DNA from: Chiloscyllium plagiosum | Taxonomy: Eukaryota | NCBI RefSeq assembly: GCF_004010195.1 | Contig: NC_057720.1 | Span: 34,899,992-34,963,991 of the forward strand | Direction of reading: 5' to 3' | Length of the DNA: 64,000 bases | In this document: positions 46,535 through 59,476 of the stretch, one piece after another | How positions within the stretch are numbered: the first letter of the stretch is position 1 | Layout of the letters: every line of letters starts with the position of its first letter | Notes under the pieces: model-generated | What the model saw: the letters and a program-made list of their open reading frames with translations, nothing else | Databases searched by the model: none | Told to the model about the DNA's origin: nothing | Made by a program: the position numbers and the translations under genes

Positions 46535-48915
46535 AGAGTTATAGAGTCATAGAAATGTACAGCATGGAAACAGACCCTTCGGTCCAACCCATCCATGCCG
46601 ACCAGATATCCCAACCAAATCTAGTCCCAACTGCCATCACCCGGCCCATATCCCACCAAACACCTCCTATTCATATACCCATCCAAATGCCTCTTAAATG
46701 TTGCAATTGTAACAGCCTCCCCCACATCCTCTGGCAGCTCATTCCATACATGTACCACCCTCTTGTGAAAAGGTTGGCCCTTTTGTCTCTTTTATATCTT
46801 TCCCCTCTCACCCTAAATCTATGCCCACTAGTTCTGGACTCCCCAACCCCAGGGAAAAGATGTTGCCTATTTATCCTATCCATGTCCCTCATAATTTTGT
46901 AAACCTCTATAAGGTCACCCCTTATCCTCCGACGCTCCAGGGAAAACAGCCTCAGCCTGTTCAGCCTCTCATAGCTCAAATCCTCCAACCCTGGCAACAT
47001 CCTTGTAAATATTTTCTGAACCCTTTCAAGTTTCACAACATCTTCCTGATAGGAAGGAGACCAGAATTGCACACAATATTCCAATAGTGACCTAACCAAT
47101 GTCCTGTACAGCCGCAACATGACCTCCCAACTCCTGTATTCAATACTCTGACCAATAAAGGAAAACATACCAAATGCCTTCTTCACTATCCTATCTACCT
47201 GCGACTCCGCTTTCAAGGATCTATGAACCTGCACTCCAAGTTCTCTTTGTTCAGCAACACTCCCTAGGACCTTACCATTAAGTGTATAAGCCCTGCTAAG
47301 ATTTGATTTCCCAAAATGCAGCACCTCATATTTATCTGAATTAAACTCCATCTGCCACTTCTCAGCCCATTGGCCCATCTGGTCAAGATCCTGTTGTAAT
47401 CTGAGGTAAACCTCTTCGCTGTCCACTACACCTCCAATTTTGGTGTCATCTGCAAACTTACTAACTGTACCTCTTATGCTCGCATCCAAATCATTTATGT
47501 AAATGACAAAAAGTAGAAGGCCCAGCACCAATCCATGCGTCACTCCACTGGTCGGCCCAGCACCAATCCATGCGTCACTCCACTGGTCACAGGCCTCCGG
47601 TCTGAAAAACAACCCTCCCTCCACCACCACCCTCTGTCTTCTACCTTTGAGCCAGTTCTGTATCCAAATGGCTAGTTCTCCCTGTATTCCATGAGATCTA
47701 ACCTTGCTAATCAGTCTCCCATGGGGAACCTTGTCGAACGCCTTACTGAAGTCCATATAGATCACATTTACTGCTCTGCCCTCATCAATCTTCTTTGTTA
47801 CTTCTTCTAAAATTCAATTGAGTTTGTGAGACATGATTTCCCATGCACAAAGCCATGTTGACTATCTCTAATCAGTCCTTGCCTTTCCAAATACATGTAC
47901 ATCCTGTCCCTCAGGATTCCGTCCAACAACTTGCCCACCACCAAGGTCAGGATCACCAGTTTATAGTTCGCTAGCTTGCCCTTACCACCCTTCTTAAACT
48001 GTGGCACCACATTTGCCAACCTCCAGTCTTCCGGCACCTCACCTGTGACTATCAATGATACAAATATCTCAGCAAGAGGCACAGCAATCACTTCTCTAGC
48101 TTCCCACAGAGTTCTCGGGTACTCCTGATCAGGTCCTGGGGATTTATCCACCTTTACCCGTTTCAAGACAGTAGCACTTCCTCCTCTGTAATCTGGACAT
48201 TTTGCAAGATGTCACCATCTATTTCCCTATAGTCTATATCTTCCATATCCTTTTCCACAGTAAATACTGATGCAAAATACTCATTTAGTATCTCCCCCAT
48301 TTTCTGCGGCTCCACGCAAAAGCCACCTTGCTGATCTTTGAGGGGCCCTATTCTCTCCCTAGTTAACTTTTTGTCCTTAATATATTTGTGTAAACCCTTT
48401 GTATTCTCCTTAATTCTATTTAGAACATAGTAAAGTATAGCACAGAACAGGCCCTTCAGCCCACGCTGTTGTGCCAAGACTTAATCCTAATGTAAAATAT
48501 AGTAACTTAACCTACGCACCCCGCAACTCACTGCTATCCAAGTACATGTCCAGTGGTCGCTTAAATGTCCCCAATGACTTCGCTTCCACCACCTCAACTG
48601 GCAACGCATTCCATGCATTCACAACTCTCTTCGTAAAGACCCTACCTCTGATGTATCCTTTATACCTTTCTCCTAATATCTTCAAACTATGACTTCCTAT
48701 ACCAGTGAATTCTGCCCTGGGGAAAAGTCTCTGGCTATTGACTCTATTGACTCTTTGCCAAAGTTATCTCATGTCCCCTTTTTGTCCTCCTGATTTCCCT
48801 CTTAATTATACTCCTACTTCCTTTATACTCTTCTAAGGATTCACTCGATCTATCCTGTCTATACCTTACATATGCTTCCTTCTTTTTCTTAACCAAACCC
48901 TCAATTTCTTTAGTC
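46535..48915 (-). mobile_element. CR1 LINE with a nested CR1 3' fragment (48421-48752) and an internal 35-bp tandem duplication
   Basis: ORFs 46671-47765 and 47807-48166 (RT motifs DFSKAFD, FADD); 'ttaattctatt' resumes as 'tttgccaaag' after the nested insert; duplication 47519-47553 / 47554-47588. Confidence 0.95.
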
Positions 48916-48999
48916 TTCTTGGGTTAAAATATACACACTTCAACACATCACACTGACTGCAACTTTGGCTTATCAACTGTCTATTTTTACTCACAGACT

Positions 49000-49345
49000 C
49001 TCTGCACATGTATTTGCCTATTCCCAACCAACCCCATGTTCCGATCCACGGTTCCTGTTCCTAATCTCCATGCCAAACTAGTTTAAATGCTGCTGAAGAG
49101 CACGAGCAAACCTCCCCCCCAGGATATTGGTGCCCCTCTAGTTCAGATGCAACCTGTCCTCCTTGTATAGGTCCCAATGATCCACATATTTGAAGCACTC
49201 CCTCCTATACCAGCCCTGCAGCCAGGTGTTTAGCTGCACTTGCTCTCTGTTCTTCATCTCATTCTTTGGCCGTGGCACTGGTAGCAATTCTGAGGTTACT
49301 ATTCTACTTGTCCTGCCCATTAGTTTCCAATCTAACTCCATTATG
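49000..49345 (-). mobile_element. Isolated CR1 ORF1 (esterase) fragment
   Basis: 'SRIVTSELLPVPR..LNTWLQGW..DHWDLYKEDRLHLN', homologous to 26823-27257. Confidence 0.8.
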
Positions 49346-49379
49346 CGATTAAAATATTTTGCACCGATTTTCAAAAATT

Positions 49380-49690
49380 TAGATTTTTTTTAGATTACTT
49401 ACAGTGTGGAAACAGGCCCTTCGGCCCAACAAGTCCACACCGCCCCGCCGAAGCGCAACCCACCCATACATTTACCCCTTACCTAACACTACGGGCAATT
49501 TAGCATGGCCAATTCACCTGACCTGCACATCTTTGGACTATGGGAGGAAACCGGAGCACCCGGAGGAAACCCACGCAGACACGGGGAGAACGTGCAAACT
49601 CCACACAGTCAGTCGCCTGAGGCGGGAATTGAACCCGGGTCTCTGGCGCTGTGAGGCAGCAGTGCTAACCACTGTGCCACCGTGCCACCC
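49380..49690 (-). mobile_element. Young HE1/V-SINE-like SINE
   Basis: Reverse complement begins GGGTGGCACGGTGGCACAGTGGTTAGCAC...GGTTCAATTCC; CpGs retained. A short duplication 'aaatggtgtaatt' x2 lies next to the 5' end. Confidence 0.93.
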
Positions 49691-49954
49691 TCAAATGGTG
49701 TAATTTAAATGGTGTAATTGATCGAAGTCATTTTCTTTGTTATAGAAAACAATTACTTTTATGCCTGTTTTCTGTACTTTTGTTCCAGGATCACTTACTT
49801 AGGTCAGAGCTATCCTTTAGCACTGTTAAACAATCATTTTTAAAAACAAGTACTTTACTAAGCTTTGTATAGATTTCCCTTTTTTGAAAAAGGGAGAGAA
49901 GTAATACTCAGTGTTTCAGTATAGGTTTGTTTCTTGTTTGGTTGTCCTGGTTAT

Positions 49955-50450
49955 GGAGTCAGACAGTTATACAGTTCGGAAACAGACCTTGCAGTCCAAT
50001 TCATCCATCCTGACCAGATATCCTAAATTAATATAGTCCCATTTGCCAGCATTTGGCCCATATCCCTCTAAACCCTTCCTATTCATGTACCCATCCAGAT
50101 GCCTTTTAAATGTTGTAATTGGACCAGCCTCTACCAATTCCTCTGACAGCTTGTTCCATACACGCACCAACCTCTGCATGAAAAATTGCCCCTTAGGTCC
50201 TTTTTAAAACTTTCCCCTCTCACCTTAAACTTATGTCCTCTCATTTTGGACTCCCCTACCCCGTGGAAAAAAACTTTAGCTATTCACTTTATCCATGTCC
50301 CTCATGATTTTATAAACCTCTATAAGGTCACTCCTCAGCCTTCAACGCCCCAGGGAAAATTGCCGCTGCCTATTCAGCCTCTCCCTTTAGTTCAAACCCT
50401 CTGACCCCAACAACATCCTTGTAAATCTTTTCCCTTTCAAGTTTAACAAT
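49955..50450 (-). mobile_element. CR1 3' fragment
   Basis: 'QRLVRVWNKLSEELVEAGPITTFKRHLDGYM'. Confidence 0.9.
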
Positions 50451-50764
50451 TACTTATATTTATAACTTCAACTCTGAATTTGGATAGATTAATGGATAAC
50501 ATTTATGAAAACTCATTTTCACAGCTGGTACACTGCTATCGCTTTTTCAGCCTTTAGTACCCACTTACTGCCACTAACTTGGTGCCACATCTAGCTTTCA
50601 TTTGTGTTTTTTTTAATCTATATGTTTGCCCATGTAAAATATGTTTACTCAGATGTCTTGAAGTTTACGTAAAACACTAATAACAATGCTACCAAGTCAC
50701 AGATGTACACACACACTCTGGGTTCTGTGCTTATTGGTGTTGCTCTACATTATGTAACTACCCA

Positions 50765-51725
50765 TTATGTTTGTTAACTATATTAATGATTTGGATGAGA
50801 ATGTACAAGGCCTGATTAGTAAGTTTGCTGATGACACTAAAATAGGCAGTACTGTGGACAGTGAGGAAGGTTATCAGAAATTGCAGCAGCACCTTGATCA
50901 CCTGGGAAAGTGGGCTGAGAAATGGCAAATGGAGTTTAATATAGACAAGTGTGAGGTCATGCGTCTTGGAAAGTCAAATCAAGGTGGGAATTTCATGGAA
51001 AATGGTCGGGCCTTAAGGAGTGCAGTGGAACAGAGGGATCTTGGAGTACAGGTTCACATTTCTCTGAAAGTGGAGTTACAGGTAGGCAGAACAATGAAGA
51101 AGGCTTTTAGCACACTGGCCTTCATCAGTCAAGACTTTGCGTATAGAAGATGGGAAGTTTGATTATAGTTATACAGGATGTTGGTGAAGCCGCACTTGGA
51201 GTATTGTGTTCAGTTTTGGTCACCTTGTTATAGGAAGGATGTTATTAAACCGGAAAAAGTGCAGAATAAATTTACAAGGATGTTGCCTGGACTCAATGGT
51301 CTGACTTATAGGGAGAGGTTGGACAACTAGGACTTTTTTTCTTTCGAGCATTGGAGACTGAGGTTGGATCTTATAGAGGTTTATAAGATCTTGAGAGACA
51401 TGGATTGGGTAAATACACTCAGTCTTTTTCTCAGGGTTAGGGAATCAAGTACTAGTTTAAGGTTGGGGAAAGAATAAAAGGGAAACTGAGGGGCAACCTT
51501 TTTACATAGAGGGTGGTATGCATATGAAATGAGATGCCAGTGGAAGTACAGGCAGGTACATTAACAACATTTAAAATGCATTTGGACAGAGACATGGATA
51601 GGAAAGGATTAGGAGGCTATGGGCCAAGTGCAGAGAAATGGGGTTAGCATGGATGAACATTTTGGTCGGCATGGACTAGTTTAGGCCAAAGATCCTGTCT
51701 CTGTGCTGTAGGACTCTATGACTCC
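50765..51725 (+). mobile_element. 5'-truncated CR1 LINE
   Basis: 'YINDLDENVQGLISKFADDTKIG..KWQMEFNIDKCEV'; tail 'gactctatgactc'. Confidence 0.93.
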
Positions 51726-52209
51726 ATAACTGACTGTATTGACTCTGTTGCACAGGGAGAGTGACTGGAGGTGAAATAGATACCTTTATAGTGGAACATC
51801 ACCTGTGTGATTTCATGGAGTGGTCTTAAAGGTGCAGGTCTGGAATCAGTGCAATACTACAACATTGAATGACACCAATACCAAGTGAAGTCTCTAGTTC
51901 TTCTTCAAATAATGTCATGAAGGTTTCATATCAACCTGAGAGATGCACCACTGCCTCAGTATAGCAACAAGCTATCAGGCTAGATTTTTTTGCTGAAATC
52001 TCTGAAATAGGTCCTGTAACCATATTTTTTTTACTCTGAGGTAGGAGTATTCCTGTAGAGACTTGACTGAAACTATTTTAGTGGCTGCTTCAAGAGCATA
52101 TTGATGGTCACACCTTAAAACCTGTACTGGGCCAGGGAACTGAGAAGAGCGTGAAGACAATATTTGTACTTTAATACCACAGACAATGAAAGAAAGACAC
52201 TAATATAAA

Positions 52210-53065
52210 CAGTAGCAGCTAAAATCAGATTTAATGAGGTCAAACATGAAACAATGAATTGTAATTCAATCTAAATGGTACTACTTTGAAGTGTTGATGC
52301 AAAAGCAGTGGAATCTGTGGTTGTGTAACTCCTACACTCTTGAAGTTTGCAGGTGAAATTTATGAAGCTATTGGTATAGCATATGGAATAACTGGCTTCG
52401 TGAGTGGGTTGGTGAATACAAAAACAAAGAAAATGCTGGGAAGCTCAACAGGTAAGATAGCTTTTCTATCCATGGATGCTGTCAAACCTGCTGATGTTCG
52501 CCAGCACATGTACTCATTTGATTCAGATTTCCAGCATCCATGGTATTTTACTTTTACAGAAACAAAGATCTCAGGATAAACCTTTACAATTCATCCAACT
52601 GATATAATGTGCATGATTTTAGACCTCAGGAATTATGTCAGGTAGTAAAGAAAAGGTTTACCCAGATGAAACTAGGAATCAGGGAATTCAATTATGTAGA
52701 GAGATGCAAGAAACTTGTATTATTCTCCTTCAATCAGAGGCCAAGGAGAGACCAAAGCAAGGCATTCAAAATTTACGAAGTGGTTTTGATAAAGCAAGTA
52801 AGAAGAAAATATTTCCTCTGGCAAGTGCATTGGTAACCAGAGTTCATAGATTCAAAATAATTGGCAGAAAATCTAGGAAGGAAATGAGAACTTATTCACA
52901 CAGGAGATTGTTTGGATCTGCAGTATATTTCCAGAAAGTGTGATGGAATCAGATTTCACACAGGCAATCATTGGGCCCACAATCAAAGAGGAATAATTTA
53001 CAGTTATGGAGAAAAAGCTGGAGTGTGGAATTAAGCAGATTCTTTCAAAGACCCAGCACAGATAC
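52210..53065 (+). mobile_element. Old CR1 fragment containing a decayed PLE fold-back (about 52420-52545)
   Basis: 'RFTQMKLGIREFNYVERCKKLVLFSF', 'VTRVHRFKIIG'; insert 'atgctgggaagctcaacagg...cctgctgatgttcgccagca...gatttccagcatc'. Confidence 0.65.
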
Positions 53066-53067
53066 AA

Positions 53068-53862
53068 TATACGGTACCCATGGGGATAGCCTCAATCGGG
53101 GCCTTGGGCTCATGTCACACTACAGGTGACCCCACTGCACTACACACACACACACAAACACACACACTCCTACAGACCCATACACTCACGCAGACCCTCT
53201 CTTAAACTCAAGCTCTCTCTCATAAACTCACACATACACTCCCACACTCATGCACAAACGCACCTTCTCACAGACTTATACCCCTTTACACTCACAGTGA
53301 CATACTCTCTCACAGATACTCATAATGCCCCACCCCCCATCCCATCCCCCCACACCCACATGCATGCGCGTGTGTACACACACACACACACACACACACA
53401 AGTTTATGGAGTGATTTTGTACTTGCAGGACTACATTTTATTTTGCTCAAAAACAGCATGAATTGATGTAAGATTCTGTAAATTCCTTTTTTAGATTAGA
53501 ATCAGTCTGAACTTTGTGGCACAGACAGTCTCCCAAAGGCACTGAACACCTTCAATGCATTATTTGGGCCGACATGACACCAATTATTAAAGTTCACTTG
53601 AGAATGTAACTTTAAAAAAGTTCTGTGACTTACATATGAAAGAACTGAAACCAACATGTTCCCTCTAAAGATGAGAGACTAAACAAACAATCCAGGTCTT
53701 TTTCAATATATAATTTCAGTTACATCACATTGTAAACTTTTGCTATAAATTCTGTGTCTTATGATCATATACTCCACAACCACCTGATGAAGGAGCAGTG
53801 CTCCGAAGGCTAGTGCTTCCAAATAAACCTGTTGGACTATAAACTGGTGTTGTGCGATTTTT
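53068..53862 (+). mobile_element. Penelope-like element 3' end (family B): ORF end, CA-rich UTR, pLTR
   Basis: 'GTHGDSLNRGLGLMSHYR*' (PLE 'GLN' C-terminus), (CA)n tract at 53140-53400, pLTR homologous to 19680-20015. Confidence 0.85.
53781..53815 (+). ncRNA. Minimal hammerhead ribozyme, family B (one core mutation)
   Basis: CAC, CTGATGA (53784-53790), A, GGAGC-AGT-GCTCC, GAAG (for GAAA), GC, TA, GTG; stem I is CAC/GTG. Confidence 0.78.
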
Positions 53863-54045
53863 AAAATAGATTTAAACAGTTTTCTCCTGTGCTTTCAAAT
53901 TTGATGATTTTACCATGACAAGGATGGCAAAACTGTCAATGGCAACATGGAGTCCACACATACATAGTTAAATGTGGAAATTGTGGACGTGCTATCAATG
54001 ATTCTACATTTCTCCAGCAGATATTATGAATCGACAATAACTTAC

Positions 54046-54083
54046 ATCAATCTCTCTGTAAACTCCCATAGTAAAGTTATACT
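54046..54083 (-). other. Candidate short minus-strand exon, possibly containing a start codon (MGVYREID)
   Basis: 'tttcactgtgttcaaacag|AGTATA...GATTGAT|gtaagt'; ATG at 54069 in context ACTATGG. Confidence 0.3.
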
Positions 54084-56384
54084 CTGTTTGAACACAGTGA
54101 AACTGGGTTGGAAAAAATGTGCTATAATTACTGTAAAACAACACTGATCTTGATCAGCTAATTTTATATTTGTGGAATGTTAAGTTTTTCTGCAATGATA
54201 AAATATTTTACACACATCTGAAAATAATAAAATTTGCATTATTTTAAGTTTATCTTAATCCACTTATATTAAATCATCTCTCTGTCAAACTTAATTAAAA
54301 ATTAAGAATAATAAATGTTTTTAACTTCCTGGTTTGCTGTGTGTGATTGGTTCAATATGTTTGGTTGCCCACCTGCTTTCTGAGATCATGACTACTGCTC
54401 TCCAAAACTTGCCCTTGACTTGGTGGTAGATTTAAACAGATATTGGGAAAGGGACTATGCAGTGCTGTAGAGAGCACTCGATCTTTGCAGAAAACTTTTC
54501 TGAAGTTCAGTAGGTGTGTTATTACTTCCCCAATGAATGAAAAATCTTAGTCAGCTATTCACGGAGGAATGAGCATGTCTCAGAGATATTTGGTAAGTCA
54601 GTGACTTGATTAATTCAAATATCTCAAACACTTAAATTTGAGCATTGGAAAGTCAGTTCAGGCATGTTTGAAACTGTCCAACACAAAGGTCTCTGTTCAG
54701 AGGAATCTTTCACTTTGATCTGATGGAACATTCAGAGAATGATTTGCTTTCCCATTTTACCATCACCCACCATCCTCTTGTCTTCAGTATACCACGTGTA
54801 ATGTATTCAGTGTACAATTCCTCAATGTTGGGGCATAATTTAAGCCAATGTAGAGGGCTATGCTATAGATTGTGAAAGATATTAGTTTATATGGGGTGTG
54901 TAATCTGATAGTTACACCATCACCTCACCATTATTATACAGAAAAAGGTCATGGAAAATTGTGTTTTACTCAGAATGGGAGGGGAAGCAAGGATTTACAA
55001 TGCTTCCAAAAGGAGTGGGATATGTAACAAAGGAGGATGGTGGGGCATGTACAAGGAAAGAGAAAGTTTGGGATGGAAACAGGGCAATGTGAAATAAAAG
55101 GGAAGGAATTTGAATGGATGGAAATATAGAAATGGATTCAGTCCAGAGAAATTACATGGACAAATATGCAGGGAAAAGGATGTGGATAGCAGGAAAGGTT
55201 GGGGGGGAGGGGGTGGTGCCAAATAAAGAAAGTGGAAAATCAACATAAATGGAGTGGAAGGGAAAAGGCAGTGGTGCTGTGGGGCAGGAAGAGGCTATGA
55301 CTGGAGTTATTAGTGCTGATAAAGATTTATAGCAGCAAAGCTGATAACATGAACTGGGAGATGGAAAGATGTCAGCAAGAACTCTGGCTCAAGGGAAAAA
55401 TATGAGGCTTGGAAGAAGAATACTCGGTGAACTTGGGTCAAGATGGAAGAATGCAAAATGATACACATAGGGAGGTAAGACAGTATAAACCGTGAGGCAT
55501 GGTGGAAATAGCAACCCTGATTTTAACTCAAGGTCACTGGTGTGGGAAGGTGGTTTCCAGCATACTTGCATTGTAAGAATGTGGTTCAAGTGTTTGAAAA
55601 GCCTGGTCTCATTGAAGCAGGATTGTTAAGATGTCACCCACCAGATCAAACCAGGAACCAGCCTTGTCATTTTTGCAGTGCCATTTCTGCCAACCACATT
55701 TGGCCTATTTAAAGTGGAATTTTTTTCTTTTAAGACAAGCTTGCATCCCATTCTTCCAGATTTTCTGAGAACACATACACAGTACTAATGGTGGATGTGC
55801 TGTGGGAAGACAGTCTGCTTCCAGTGTTTTGGATGCCTGTTTGGTGTTTCACCTGAAGGAGATCAGAGGATGGAACACGTATCCCAGTACCCACAAGTCA
55901 CCATAGATGGCAATGTGGCTAGTCTGGGCAGATCAGCATGGCACTATTAGTTCCAGCAATATTTCTACTATTTCTTCTTGAGCTCTCAATGCCAAAAGCC
56001 TTACACATCTCAATGTACCTCTCAACAGCCAACTGCACCTTCTCTCTTTCTAAATGTCAAGTGAGCACAAAATAGTTAGGATTTTTTGGGGCAATGCCAC
56101 CTTGATACATTATGTCAGCCCTGAATATACTACATGTTCCTTCCCTCTGTGAGGCAGTGAGAGAAGCAGCGAGAAAGGGGAAACAATGGGCAAATTTGCA
56201 CTGGAGAGGAACTCACCCACTTCTCACCATCCTTGCAAGTGGGTTCTGGGTGAGAAACCACATTGGGACCTTCCTTGATTTGCTGGAAATAAAAGCCCAT
56301 TGATGGTCAATTAATGGTCATTTCAGGGCTTCAACTAACAAACTTCTCAACCTCGTGCCTCCTCACCAGGCAAGAAAGGTGATC

Positions 56385-56523
56385 AGTTCTGAAGAAGAGT
56401 TATTAGATCTGAAATGTTAACTCTGCTTTCTCTCTGCAGATGCTGCAAGACCTTTTGGGTATTTCCATCAATTTCTGATTTTGTTTCTGATTCCCAGTAT
56501 CTGCAGTTCTTTGTTTTTTTTTG
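56385..56523 (+). mobile_element. PLE mini-insertion, family C, with hammerhead
   Basis: AGTT, CTGAAGA (56389-56395), agagttattagatct, GAAA, tg, TT, AACT; degenerate TSD agaaaggtgatcagttc (56373-56389) / agaaagatgactcatttc (56524-56541). Confidence 0.8.
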
Positions 56524-56799
56524 AGAAAGATGACTCATTTCTTGCATGGGAAACCAAACAGCCCTGCCTGTCCAGAGGTATGGGGCACATGTGCATGTAC
56601 AATGGAGCTGCCTCAAAAGGACAGCCTTTCTGTTGTCTCCGAATCCCACCCCAGATCTCCCTTTTGGCACTGCTTCCATCCCTTGGGAAGACAACATACC
56701 TTCTCATCGTGAAACCCCTGAAGGAGTAGGCTTTGACAGGTAGATTTTAAGACCCAAATGCTGCTGGTTTCTGATAAATCTTCTGTTAACCCAGAGCAC

Positions 56800-57925
56800 T
56801 TGAATTGAATTGAATTGAATTTATTGTCACGTGTACCGAGGTACAGTGAAAAGCTTTATCTTGCGAGCGATACAGGCAGATCACATAGTTAACTAGCATA
56901 GATAAATAAATAATAGGTAAACAGCAGCAAAACAAAAACACAGGTGCAGGCAAATGCTAAGGGTTTGTGAGTCCATTCAGTATTCTAACAACAGTAGGGT
57001 CGAAATAGTTACAAAATGTGTTCAGGGTTCTGTACCTTCTCCCTGATGGCAGAGGTTGGAGAAAAGCATTGCCAGGATGGGATGGATCTTTGAGAATGCT
57101 GGTGGCCCTTCCTTGACAGCAGGCCTGGTAGGTGGATTCTATAGATGGGAGGTCGGCCTTTGCGATTGTCTGGGCCAAGGTCACCACTCTCTGTAACCAT
57201 CTCTGATCTTAAATGGTACCGTTGCCATACCAGGTAGTGGTTCGTCCAGATAGAATGCTCTCAATGGTGCACCAATAAAGGTTGGCAAGGGTATTCACCG
57301 TCATGCCAATTTTTCTCAACTGCCTGAGGAAGAAGAGACGTTATTGGGTCTTTGTAACCAGTGCGTCCACATGAAGAGTCCAAGAAAGCTTGTGGATGAC
57401 CACTCCCAGGAGCTTGACACTCTCCACTTGTTCCACCTCTGTGCTGTTAATGTGTGGGGGGGGATGAGTAACATCCCTCCGAAAGTCAATAATGAATTCT
57501 TTGGTTTTGCCGGCATTGAGAGCTAGATTGTTCTCATTGCACCATTGTTTCAGGTCTTCCACCTCCTGTCTCTAGTCTGTTTCGTCGCCATCTGAGGTTC
57601 GACCGACTATGGTGGTGTCATTAGCGAACTTGTAAATGGGCATTAGTCTGGTATTTGGCGATGCAGTCATGAGTATACAGTGAGTACAGTAGGGGGCTGA
57701 GTACGTACCCCTGGGGGGCTCCAGTGTTGACTGTTAGTGAGGATGAAATATTGTCTCCAGTCTTCACTGATTGTGGCCTGTGGGTCAGGAAACTAAGGAT
57801 CCAGTTGCAGAGAGTGGCATTTAGTCTGACATCACTAAATTTAGTAATCAGTCTTGAGGGGATAACAGTGTTGAAGGCTGAAGTGTAATCAATGAGTAGG
57901 ATTCTTACATAGCTGTTCTTGGTGA
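56800..57925 (-). mobile_element. Rex1/Babar-clade LINE, 5'-truncated
   Basis: '[10 protein letters not shown]', 'WCNENNLALNAGKTKEFIIDFRR', 'ILKDPSHPGNAFLQPLPSGRRYR'; AATAAA plus (TTCAA)n tail. Confidence 0.88.
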
Positions 57926-58436
57926 ATAGTCAAGACACATGCTTGCATGCATAGAAAGGAAGAACAGAAAATTGCACCCCTGGTTTTCCTTTGCATTTGC
58001 CAGGGCACGAGGGTGGGGACTAATTGTACTAAAGCTGGTTCCATTCTAATGAAGTACAATGCCTACTGTCAGGGAACATTCCAATACCAAGACATGAGCC
58101 TTTAATTTGTATCGGACACATAGGAACAGCTTGCATGCAAGGCTTCATGCTCATACCTCATATAAAGCACAGTATAGAGGGAATTTGTCAGTTCAAAGTC
58201 CTGGTGGCAGTTCGATACTGCAACTTTCTGACCTCAGTGGTGAATTGGCCACTAACTGAGAAACAGGCACACACAAACATAATTATATAAACCAGCCATC
58301 CACTTTAAGGGATAAGCAGCCCCATTGTACTTAATTCGGCTAATAAACCGCACTCAGTGAAACGTATACATTTTTTTGTGCAATCATCCTTCTACATTTC
58401 TGACCATCCTTATTTTCACACTTGTCCTTTGTACAG

Positions 58437-58482
58437 GTAAACATTGATGAATTTTACAGATATGGAACAGCCTATGATCTAA
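58437..58482 (+). other. Candidate short plus-strand exon (VNIDEFYRYGTAYDL)
   Basis: Long pyrimidine tract 'ccttattttcacacttgtcctttgtacag|G', donor 'CTAA|gtaagg'; phase-compatible with the donor at 54592 (MSMSQRYL|gtaagt). Confidence 0.3.
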
Positions 58483-58815
58483 GTAAGGCATTAGGCTAAT
58501 CTTAGTAAAATGACCTTATGCTTAAAGCCTGCCTTGAGGCATTTCTATCTCATATCATCAAGTGGTGAATTAAGCTTACCACATGTTTGTTTTTCTGGTA
58601 CCAACTTGTTTTCTCAAGTAATACAACTGTAACACTGTGACAAATTACTGTATCACTGAGCAAAATTTGTTTTGATTTGCACTATTTTTCATCCTATTGT
58701 AGATATTATTAATCAACCTATTCAGAAATGGTATTCCACACCTGTGGAGCAATCCTATCTCAGAGGTAGGGAAACCACCAATGTGAAAGAACCTCTGCCT
58801 GTTGTATCTTTATTC

Positions 58816-59017
58816 AAAGTCAGAAATCACATGACACCAGGTTATAGTCCAACAGGTTTACTTAAAGCCACAAGATTTTGGAGCATTTCCCACTTCACCC
58901 GAGGAAGGGGCTATTCTCCAAAAGCTTGTGATTTCAAACAAACCTGTTGGACTATAACTTGGTGTCATGTGACTTCTGACTTTTTCCACCCCAGTCCAAG
59001 ACTGGCATCTCCACATT
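58816..59017. mobile_element. Fold-back PLE mini-element, family B
   Basis: 'aaagtcagaaatcacatgacaccaggttatagtccaacaggttt' is inverted as 'aaacctgttggactataacttggtgtcatgtgacttctgacttt'; decayed hammerhead in the centre; ~34-nt tail on the right. Confidence 0.85.
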
Positions 59018-59476
59018 ATATCGTTTCTCAAAATATTTATTTAATTTTTCATCAAACCATTATGAGCAGAATGATATGCCAATGAATATATCTGCCACTT
59101 TGACTCCAGACTTTTCACAAGCATTTTCTTTCTAGAGAAAAACCGGGTAGAAGTTGTTCTGTACTGTAGAGTTAAGCCCAAGTAAAAGTAGTTCTCCTTT
59201 AACGCGGTAGTTGTGTTCCAATGCAACACTGTATTATAGAAAATCACACATTATAAATAATGGGGCCTATGGGAAAAACAGGGTTAGGAGTAAACCCCCA
59301 AACATATCAGTTAAAATTGAGACAAAAATAGTAGTTACCCTAACACAAATGATAGCACAGTCTAAGTAAATCTTTAAATCATGCATTTTGATGAAAGAAC
59401 ACAGTAAATGTAATACTTTAACACTAGAATCATTGACTACACCAGAAAGCACGCAAGATGACTGACCATGTGACAC

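Noticed and set aside
54975..55480. Purine-rich (GA) stretch
   Set aside because: Low-complexity sequence without periodicity or a credible ORF.
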